A stretch of DNA of 36,822 nt from a virus. Its lineage: Duplodnaviria > Caudoviricetes. Positions within the stretch are counted from its first letter, which is position 1. Each line of letters begins with the position of its first letter. The notes beneath the pieces were generated by a model. It was not told the DNA's origin. It was given only the letters and a program-made list of their open reading frames with translations, and did no database searches. Location of the stretch: positions 1 to 36,822 of IMG/VR virus record IMGVR_UViG_3300037419_000253; one strand, 5' to 3'. This document shows, piece after piece, positions 9,545 through 17,188 of this stretch. A program made the position numbers and the translations under genes.

Positions 9545-10293
9545 ACAAATTCGATTTGGACTTAAAATTATTAGCAGGTTTACCATTAGAGGTTGAAGAT
9601 ATAATTATAGAACCAAAAAAACTAAGAGAAATCATTGGTATGAATTATTCGGTTTACAATAAACATATTGGATTCTTAACAATAACTCATACAGATTTAT
9701 ATAGCAAAGAAACTCTAGAAGAATATCAAGAGTTGAAAAAAGTTACTATCTTTGATGTGTTAGTATTTTTAGCAGGAGAAGAGTTAAAACAAGAGTTTAT
9801 CAACTCTTTGCATTATTTCTTAGGAACATATAAGCATGAGATTGATAGTGAAAGTGGTATTCTTATTTTAGAAAAAGGTAAGAAAGACTATTACTTTCTC
9901 AACAGTTCTCGATTCGCTAGAATCGTTGATTATATAAAGTTTCAGAATTGTATAGAAGAACCTAAAGAAAAAATTGAAGAACAACCTGTTGATGAAAAAA
10001 CACGAAAAATATTAGAGAAACTTCAAAAAGGTAAACAAGAAGCTACTAAATTGCAAAGCAAGAACAATACTGAATCTAATATTGATTTTTATTCTATCAT
10101 TAGTGCAGTAAGTACAAAATCTCATGGAATCAATAAGTTAAATATATGGGATTTAACAATTTATCAATTATATGATGAATATAAGAGATTATCTTTAATT
10201 GACAATTATGAAACTTCAATTCAAGCCATAATGAATGGTGCAGATATGAAAGGTGAAAAACTTCCTCATTGGTCTGAAAGAATTGAAGATTAA
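9541..10293 (+). CDS. Tail-region protein, possible tail assembly chaperone
   Basis: 250 aa, ATGA overlap with the previous gene; C-terminal IWDLTIYQLYD motif resembles phage tail chaperones (inference). Confidence 0.45.
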   Translation: MNKFDLDLKLLAGLPLEVEDIIIEPKKLREIIGMNYSVYNKHIGFLTITHTDLYSKETLEEYQELKKVTIFDVLVFLAGEELKQEFINSLHYFLGTYKHEIDSESGILILEKGKKDYYFLNSSRFARIVDYIKFQNCIEEPKEKIEEQPVDEKTRKILEKLQKGKQEATKLQSKNNTESNIDFYSIISAVSTKSHGINKLNIWDLTIYQLYDEYKRLSLIDNYETSIQAIMNGADMKGEKLPHWSERIED

Positions 10294-10298
10294 AAAAT

Positions 10299-10316
10299 AC
10301 AAATACAATAAATAAT
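10299..10316 (+). promoter_or_regulatory. Conserved 18-nt motif, copy 2 (upstream of major tail tube)
   Basis: ACAAATACAATAAATAAT followed by AGGAGTGAATTA, as at the capsid gene. Confidence 0.65.
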
Positions 10317-10331
10317 AGGAGTGAATTAATC

Positions 10332-11045
10332 ATGGCATTACAATATGGTGCAAAAGAAGTTTGTGACGTAACGTTCATTGATTTAACAACAAATAAACCT
10401 GTTCTTTATATTGATACATTAAAAGTATCTTCTTTAGAGAACAAAGCCGACCAAGCAGTAGCTAGAGGCGGTAAAGGTAATCCAAAACGCTTAATTTGGG
10501 ATTTCAACCGAGAAGCAACTGTAAAAATCTCTAACGCATTAATGTCTTTAAAATCTTTATCTTTATCGGCAGGTACTTCAATTACAACAGGTGCACAAAA
10601 CGTTTTCAAACGTGAGTTATTAACTGTTGCTACAAACAAAGTAAATACAACTGATACTCCTGTTGCAGGTTCAGTTACAGTTCTTAACTCTACTGATGGT
10701 TCTGAATTAACAGGTGTTACAGTAAGTGGAAATCAAGTAACTTTAACAGGTCAAACAGATGGTACTTTAGTAGAAGTATTCTATACTACTAACAAAGCTA
10801 CTACTTCTACATTCTCTATTAAGTCTAATGCTTTCCCATCTTATTACAAAATTATCGGTGATACAGTTATTCGTAACGCTAACACTGGTGTTGACGAGGC
10901 TTTCCAAATGGTAATCTATAAAGCTAAAGTTTCTCCAAACTTTACAATGGACTTCAAAGCAGATGGCGACCCATCTCAATTTGATATGGACTTAGATGTA
11001 TTCCCTAACGCTAGTAACGTAATGGTAGACTTCATTAAGTACTAA
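10332..11045 (+). CDS. Major tail tube protein
   Basis: 237 aa, beta-rich, with ARGGKGNPKRLIWD and FKADGDPSQFDMDLDV motifs. High-expression codon style and a following terminator. Confidence 0.8.
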   Translation: MALQYGAKEVCDVTFIDLTTNKPVLYIDTLKVSSLENKADQAVARGGKGNPKRLIWDFNREATVKISNALMSLKSLSLSAGTSITTGAQNVFKRELLTVATNKVNTTDTPVAGSVTVLNSTDGSELTGVTVSGNQVTLTGQTDGTLVEVFYTTNKATTSTFSIKSNAFPSYYKIIGDTVIRNANTGVDEAFQMVIYKAKVSPNFTMDFKADGDPSQFDMDLDVFPNASNVMVDFIKY

Positions 11046-11087
11046 GATTGATTATATAAGAGATTAAGTGAAAATTCAAGAATTTTA

Positions 11088-11125
11088 GGAGAAAACTATT
11101 TCGATAGTTTTCTCCATCTTTTTTT
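11088..11125 (+). terminator. Rho-independent terminator with UUCG tetraloop
   Basis: GGAGAAAACTAT-TTCG-ATAGTTTTCTCC followed by ATCTTTTTTT. Confidence 0.85.
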
Positions 11126-11134
11126 AAGTTTAGT

Positions 11135-11164
11135 AATTTGATAAAATGCTCGTTTTATCAAATT
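11135..11164. repeat. Perfect 12-6-12 palindrome (candidate protein-binding or recombination site)
   Basis: AATTTGATAAAA-TGCTCG-TTTTATCAAATT. Confidence 0.7.
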
Positions 11165-11208
11165 CAACGATAGCCAAAAAACACATAGAAGAAAAGGGGA
11201 AATTAAGA

Positions 11209-11679
11209 ATGGCAAAAACTAAAAATTTAACAGTTGCGAGTCTAAAAAAGGATGCAAAACCACTAGATAAGATGTATTCGGTTACAATCAACGATTATTC
11301 GTTAAAAATTTATGAAACCTTCTCACCTACTAAATTAGGTGCAGTTGTTAATGAATTTATGGATGATTTTCAAACAATGGGTGGCGGTAAAGAAATTATG
11401 AATGTATTTACTCCATATCTATACCTTATGCTAATCAAACATGTGACATCATTAGATGTTCCAAATGACATTGAGGGTAAAATTGAAACTATTGAACTCT
11501 TAACAGATTTAGGTATTTTTGCAGATATTTTAGAGGCAATGCCACAGTCTGAATTAGAAAAATTTGCAGATAAAATTAAAGAAGTATCTAATTCTATTAA
11601 TGCAAATATGGATGTTTTGGAAGATGAAATTTCAGAATATGAATTTGAAAATGAGGAAGTTGAAAAACTATTAGAATAG
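11209..11679 (+). CDS. Putative tail assembly chaperone
   Basis: Acidic helical 156-aa ORF after the tail tube. ATG 11209 follows the AAAAGGGG RBS; the track start 11146 lies inside the palindrome. Confidence 0.5.
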   Translation: MAKTKNLTVASLKKDAKPLDKMYSVTINDYSLKIYETFSPTKLGAVVNEFMDDFQTMGGGKEIMNVFTPYLYLMLIKHVTSLDVPNDIEGKIETIELLTDLGIFADILEAMPQSELEKFADKIKEVSNSINANMDVLEDEISEYEFENEEVEKLLE

Positions 11680-11694
11680 ATTGGTAGTGATAAA

Positions 11695-12195
11695 ATGGCA
11701 GATTTTACTTCAATCAAAGCACTTGAGGACTATTTAAACACTTTTGTTCAAATAGCTTTAGTTGATAATGTGAAACCAAAAATTGCAGAGATTGTAGATA
11801 ATCATGTTTGGTTAGATGTGTATCCTAGATATAATCCAAAAGATTATGATAGAAGATATGGTAGCACACCTTTATCTATTGGATATAAAGACAATTTGAT
11901 TTCAGTTAATGATACAGGTGCAAAAGTAAATATGCCATATTTATCACATGATGGTGGATATGTACTAAACTTAAAAAAGGATGCACGAAATGAATTTTGG
12001 GGAACTGATATTGTTCCTATTATTGAATATGGTATTGGATATGATTGGAAGAAGTCAAAGATTTTTAAAATGCAACCATTCCCAAGACCATTTATTAAAA
12101 ACGCAGTAGCAGAAATTAAAGATTATAATTTACATTTAAAAGCAATGAAAGAAGGATTATCACCGTTCGTGAAATCTTCTAGCATTACATATTAG
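11695..12195 (+). CDS. Putative neck/tail component (HK97 gp10-like motif)
   Basis: 166 aa with IIEYG...PRPFIKNA signature. Confidence 0.55.
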   Translation: MADFTSIKALEDYLNTFVQIALVDNVKPKIAEIVDNHVWLDVYPRYNPKDYDRRYGSTPLSIGYKDNLISVNDTGAKVNMPYLSHDGGYVLNLKKDARNEFWGTDIVPIIEYGIGYDWKKSKIFKMQPFPRPFIKNAVAEIKDYNLHLKAMKEGLSPFVKSSSITY

Positions 12196-12201
12196 AAATG
12201 A

Positions 12202-13179
12202 GTGGGTGAAATGAGTAAAAAACTAAAAGATATTACAGATGAAATGTGGAATGATGTTGATGAGTTTAATAAATATATTACAAATGAATTTCTTACACAA
12301 CCACATATTTCAGACCAAACAAGAAAACAATATCGTTCTGCTTTGAGACAGTTTTTTTATTGGAATAAAGTTAATAATATGAACAAGCCAATATATGAAT
12401 TAAAATTAAGAGATGGTTTAAAATATCAGACATATTTAAGTAGTTTAGGATTGAGTTCGAGTGCTATAAAATTTAAAAGGTCATCTGTAAGTAGTTTATG
12501 TGGATTTATTGAAATTTTTTATAATGATGAATATCCTTTGTTTAGAAGTATTTTTAATAAAAATATACCAAATCCTCCAAGTGTAAAAAAGAAAGAGGTA
12601 GTAGTTTTATCAAAAGAAGAGGTTGAAAAAATATCCAGTGTGCTAGAATCAAAAAAAGAGTGGCAAAAATTAGCATTATTTAAAACTCTTTACTCAACAG
12701 GTTGCAGGAGAGCAGAAGTAATTCAATTAAAAACTGAAATTATTAATTATCCAAAAAGCAAAAATAAAGATGGAGAAGAACAAAATTTCTATGTATCACA
12801 TTTTGTTAGAGGTAAAGGTAGGTCAACAGAGGGCAAACCTATTAAACTATTAATAGGAGATGATGCAATGGAATCTATTAAAAAATGGTTGAAAGAACGA
12901 GATGACGACTGCGAATATATCTTTACGAGAAAAACTAAAGATGGACATGCTCAAATTAATGTAAATACAATAAATAATTGGGTAGATGAGTTTGGAGAAA
13001 TAATTGGAAGAAAGATTCATCCACATAGTATAAGAAAATCTAGGTCAACACATATAGTTGTAGACGATGGATTAGATATTAAAGTCGCAAGTAAATTGTT
13101 AAACCATGCCGATTCTTCGACTACGGACAAGTTCTATGTAATTAGAGATGATGAAGATGAGTATGGAGATATTTTTTAA
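12202..13179 (+). CDS. Tyrosine recombinase (integrase/XerC-D family; SPbeta YomM-like position)
   Basis: Full catalytic set visible: YSTGCRRAEV (R), RGKGR (K), HPHSIRK (HxxR), LLNHADSSTTDKFY (H..Y). The start could be ATG 12211. Confidence 0.9.
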   Translation: MGEMSKKLKDITDEMWNDVDEFNKYITNEFLTQPHISDQTRKQYRSALRQFFYWNKVNNMNKPIYELKLRDGLKYQTYLSSLGLSSSAIKFKRSSVSSLCGFIEIFYNDEYPLFRSIFNKNIPNPPSVKKKEVVVLSKEEVEKISSVLESKKEWQKLALFKTLYSTGCRRAEVIQLKTEIINYPKSKNKDGEEQNFYVSHFVRGKGRSTEGKPIKLLIGDDAMESIKKWLKERDDDCEYIFTRKTKDGHAQINVNTINNWVDEFGEIIGRKIHPHSIRKSRSTHIVVDDGLDIKVASKLLNHADSSTTDKFYVIRDDEDEYGDIF

Positions 13180-13205
13180 TCAAAGAGAAAAAGGAGATTA
13201 TTAAC

Positions 13206-13622
13206 ATGGAATTAAAATTACAGGCTAACTTAATAGAGTCATTTGGTACATTTTTAATTGAGGGAAAATTAGTAGGTAAGAAATCTCGATTACGTTCACG
13301 ATTATTTACAAAGTTGGATGAGAGAGTAAAACAACTTAAATCAGAATATCAAGAATTAATTAGTGAATTTGCATTAAGAGATGATGATAATAATATTGTA
13401 TCACATAAAGATGATGAAGGGCAAGACCATATTCATATCGAAAATATGGCAGAGTTTCAAAAAGAATTGAATGAACTATTAAATGAAATTATTTCATTTG
13501 AAGTTGATGAAGGATTAAAAACATTGTTAGAAGAGATTTTCTTAGATACAGAAAAAGAATTTGAAGGATTATCTGCGTTAGAGTATGATAAATGGTGTGA
13601 AGCTATTGAGGACATTAAATAA
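13206..13622 (+). CDS. Small acidic helical phage protein (DUF1617-like)
   Basis: 138 aa with AAAGGAG RBS. GKKSRLRSRLF...FQKELNELLNE pattern resembles that family from recall. Confidence 0.5.
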   Translation: MELKLQANLIESFGTFLIEGKLVGKKSRLRSRLFTKLDERVKQLKSEYQELISEFALRDDDNNIVSHKDDEGQDHIHIENMAEFQKELNELLNEIISFEVDEGLKTLLEEIFLDTEKEFEGLSALEYDKWCEAIEDIK

Positions 13623-13657
13623 CACACCATAAATAAAATATATTAGGTGGTGGAATA

Positions 13658-15934
13658 ATGTCGCAAGATTTAAATATTATCGTTAAAGCAAAGGTCGATA
13701 CAACAGACCTTAATAACCAATTGAATGATGCAACTAAAGATAAACAAATTGATATAAAGGCGAAATTATCAGAGGTTGATTTATCACAATTAGACAAACA
13801 ATTAGAAAATTTTAAATTTAAGTTTACTACTGATAATATTACTAGTTTAGCTACTGCAATTAAGAAATTGTTAAAAGAGAATAAATTTGATTTAGACTTG
13901 AATGTTAAAAATATTCAAGCAATTCAAAATATTAAAAAACAAGTTTCTAATAGTGGATTACAAGGTAAATTAGGAAATGTTGATTTGGCAAATGGTTTTT
14001 CAGTTGAAGATATAAATATGGACAATCTTCAACAAAAAATGAGAAAAATCATGAAAGAGGTAGACCCTACATTCTTCAAAAAAGCTATCATCTCTAACAT
14101 TACTAATTCCAATATTGATGGAGAATTAAAAAGTTTTGTTGTTCAAGGTGAAAATGCTAGTGGTGTTGTGAAGAAATTATTCTTCAATCTTCAACAATCA
14201 GAAGAAGGTATTAAGAATTTTGCTTTAACAAATATTAATACTCTTGACAAACAACAACAACAACTTAAAAAAGCAGAAGAATTAGCAGGTAAACTTGAGA
14301 GACAATTCAAGAAACTTAATGATAACATGGGTCTTAAAATGCTTGATAGAGCAAGAGACAATGGATTAACTGTTGACAAGGTTAATGAAATTGGCAATAA
14401 GAGACAAGATGTTCGTGACAAATATCAAGCAGGTCAAGACGAAATTTCTTTATATAACAAACGTCTACAATTAATGCAACTAATTAATAAAGAAACTAGA
14501 GATTTAAATCTTTCAGAAGAAAGACGATTAGATTATCAAAAACAAATCTACAATGTAATGCGTAACCAAAAATCTGAAAAAGATAAAATTTCTCAACTAT
14601 CAAATATTAATAATGCAGTTAGTAATGAAATCAAAGCAGGAAAAGAACAAATTAATAATACACAAAAATTAGTAGAGTTAGAAACTAGAAGAAGTAATGT
14701 TGCAAAAACATTGACAGATTTAAGAAATAGTTATAACAAATCAGAATTTGGAAATGAAGAATATACTAAATTAAATAAAGAATTAGAATTACTTCAAAAG
14801 GTTACTAAATATTCTAAAGAAGCAGATATATCTTTGAAACAATTAGAATCACAGGTTAAAATAGTTCAAAACAGGCTAACAGGTGATGCTAATGTGCAAA
14901 AAAATCTTGGAGCAAAAAATGAATTAACATCTCTTTATAAACAATTAGAAGATTCAAAAAAATTGCAATATGCAACAGAAGAATTACAAAAACGATTTGA
15001 TTTTTTAGGAGTAGCAATTAAAAGAGATTTAAGCACAAGTGATATTCAAAGATATCGTAAAGAACTTCAAGAGTTAACAAAAGATATTGAGAAGGCTATT
15101 AAGAGTGCAAGTGTTACAACTCCTGTGGCAAATAAAAACAATCAAGGGTTAGTTAATGCAGTAGATAATTATAAGAGTGATAACTCATTAGAAAAACATA
15201 AGGCAGACCTAGACCAAGTTACAAAATCTTTACTAGGTCAAAAAGCAGTTATCAAAGATATCATTGTTGAAGATAGACAGTTGGATGGAATTGTAACAAA
15301 ATTCAATGCTTCCATACAAACAGGACAAAAAGATATTAAACAATATACTTATGAATTAAATCATCTAACACAAGAATTACGTGTTGTTCGTGAGCAACTA
15401 GTAAACAATCCAAATAAGAATCTAGGACTATTTGAACAACTTAAAATAGCAATGGAGCGAGTACCTGTTTGGATGATTTCTATGACCGCATTCTATGGAA
15501 CTATCAATGCACTTCGTTCTGCAATGTCTACTATTGTTGAAATTGATGGTCAAGTTACACAGATGAAGCGTGTAATGGATGCAGATACTAACTTCACAGA
15601 TATCATGAATACATCAATTGAGAGTGCAGAAAAGTTTGGGAAAACCATCACAGATGTAAATCAAGCCATGATTGAGTTTTCTAAACAAGGTTTCAAAGGT
15701 CAAGAATTAAAAGATATTGTTAATACTAGTATTCTAGCTTCTAACGTATCTGACATGTCAACCGCAGAAACATTAGAAACATTAACATCTGTAATGAACT
15801 CTTACAAAATTGAAGCAAAAGATACTATTGGTGTAATAGATAGTTTGAATCAAGTAGATAACGATTTCGCAACTAGTGTTAAAGATTTGTCATTAGGTTT
15901 AACTAAATCTAGTGCAGTAGCAAATAACTTCGGT
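13658..15934 (+). CDS. Tape measure protein, exon 1 (759 codons)
   Basis: Coiled-coil-rich N-terminus, then TMP core (VPVWMISMTAFYG, EFSKQGF, SLNQVDNDFATS) ending ...ANNFG at the 5' splice site. The unspliced frame stops at 15961. Confidence 0.9.
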
Positions 15935-16038
15935 AAAATTTTGTGCCGACCTATGAAGTGATTCATAGTGCAAAAGTTAGCCATATCGGGAAAACTCTAG
16001 AAGTAGACAATTCCGAGGAAAGACCATTAATCTTAAAA

Positions 16039-16067
16039 TTGACAAAATTGACAAAAAATAATATAAT
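16039..16067 (+). promoter_or_regulatory. Consensus sigma-A/sigma-70 promoter inside the intron
   Basis: TTGACA (16039-44), 17-nt spacer, TATAAT (16062-67); RBS GAGGTG (16080-85) before ATG 16092. Confidence 0.85.
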
Positions 16068-16091
16068 AACATATGAAAAGAGGTGAGTCAA

Positions 16092-17045
16092 ATGAGCAAA
16101 GAAAATGTTGAAGTTCAATGTCATTTATGTGGAAAATCAAAATTCGTAACACAATACAAATACAATTATAATATTTCCAAAGGTTCGAATTTTTTCTGTG
16201 ATAAATATTGTTCAAATAAATGGAGAGCAATAGAATATAATAAGAATAGAACAGATAAAAGAAAAAATACAAACTGTATTTATTGTAATAAAGAAATTTT
16301 AAAGAAAGCAAAAACCACAAAATACTGTTCAACACAATGTAAAGGTGAGCATAAAAAAGAAATTAATAGAGTAGATGTTGAATGCAGTAATTGTAATAAG
16401 ATATTTCAAAAAACAAAATTTCATGTAAATGATAGTAATAATTTTTGCACTAAAAAATGTTCATCTGAATGGAACTCTAAGCAATCAAAGAGAGTCGAAA
16501 TGACTTGTATCATTTGTAATAAAAAATATCAAGTTCAAAATAACAGACAAGATATATCTAAAGCTTGTTCGATTAAATGTAATAATACATATAAAAGTAC
16601 AATATGGTCTGTTGAGAATGTTGAATTTTTAAGACAAAACGGTGTAATATCAAGTCTAAATCAAAGCAAAGATGGAACATGGTGTGAGAATGTTATCGAA
16701 AATTATCTTAAATCATTAAACATAAAATTTGAACCACAAAAAAATATTGATGATAAATATATTGCAGATTTCTATATAGAAGATTTAAACTTAATAATAG
16801 AAGTCTATGGAGATTATTGGCATTCTAATCCATCAATATATGGAGAATCGGAAAATTTAAAACCACTCAATGACCACCAAAAGAAACAAGTTAAGAAAGA
16901 TAATAAAAAGATTGGTTATTATAAATTTAAAAAATTCTCTTATTTAATATTGTGGGAAAATGATATAGGTAAAAATTTTGATAATATTAAAGAAATAATT
17001 ATTAATAAGATTAATGGAATCCGTAACGACTATCGGAATATATGA
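16092..17045 (+). CDS. Intron-encoded homing endonuclease: four Cys4 zinc motifs plus C-terminal Vsr/DUF559-like PD-(D/E)XK nuclease
   Basis: Four CxxC...CxxxC repeats, then ADFYIEDLNLIIEVYGDYWH...KKD...LILWEND. Located in the P6 loop of the intron. Confidence 0.8.
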   Translation: MSKENVEVQCHLCGKSKFVTQYKYNYNISKGSNFFCDKYCSNKWRAIEYNKNRTDKRKNTNCIYCNKEILKKAKTTKYCSTQCKGEHKKEINRVDVECSNCNKIFQKTKFHVNDSNNFCTKKCSSEWNSKQSKRVEMTCIICNKKYQVQNNRQDISKACSIKCNNTYKSTIWSVENVEFLRQNGVISSLNQSKDGTWCENVIENYLKSLNIKFEPQKNIDDKYIADFYIEDLNLIIEVYGDYWHSNPSIYGESENLKPLNDHQKKQVKKDNKKIGYYKFKKFSYLILWENDIGKNFDNIKEIIINKINGIRNDYRNI

Positions 17046-17188
17046 GTAATTGTATATTCTTACGCTAACCCCTTCCTCCTGTCAATAGGAAGGTGAAGAT
17101 AGAGTCTGACCACACATATAACAAATGAAGTGTGTGAGATAGGCAGAAATGACCTATCCCTCTCATAGATTGAGAGAGTAACAAAGTG

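Larger units (their letters stand above)
15935..17188 (+). mobile_element. Group I self-splicing intron (IA-type core) in the TMP gene, containing a homing endonuclease ORF
   Basis: P1: exon TCGGT pairs with GCCGA (15945-49), U.G at the splice site. P10: TTTGT (15940-44) pairs with exon-2 ACAGA. P2: CTATGAA-GTGA-TTCATAG. P3: GTTAGC (15976-81) with GCTAAC (17064-69). P4: TCGGGA/TTCCGA. P6 extension: CCATTAATCTTA (16024-35) with TAAGATTAATGG (17006-17). R: CGTAACGACTA. P7.1 hairpin. P8: CCTTCCT/AGGAAGG. S: AAGATAGAGTC. P9, P9.1 and P9.2 hairpins. Terminal G at 17188. Confidence 0.92.

Noticed and set aside
11640-11700. Programmed -1 frameshift in the tail chaperone
   Set aside because: No canonical XXXYYYZ slippery heptamer found near the stop, and the next ORF has its own start.
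13620-13657. Hairpin occluding the TMP RBS (CACCA...GGTGGTG)
   Set aside because: Only 4-5 bp of pairing across a long AT loop, so it is not convincing.
15935-17188. TMP as a pseudogene, a frameshifted pair, or disrupted by an IS or intein
   Set aside because: No transposase, terminal repeats or intein motifs. Stops intervene, and group I pairings explain an exact in-frame rejoin.
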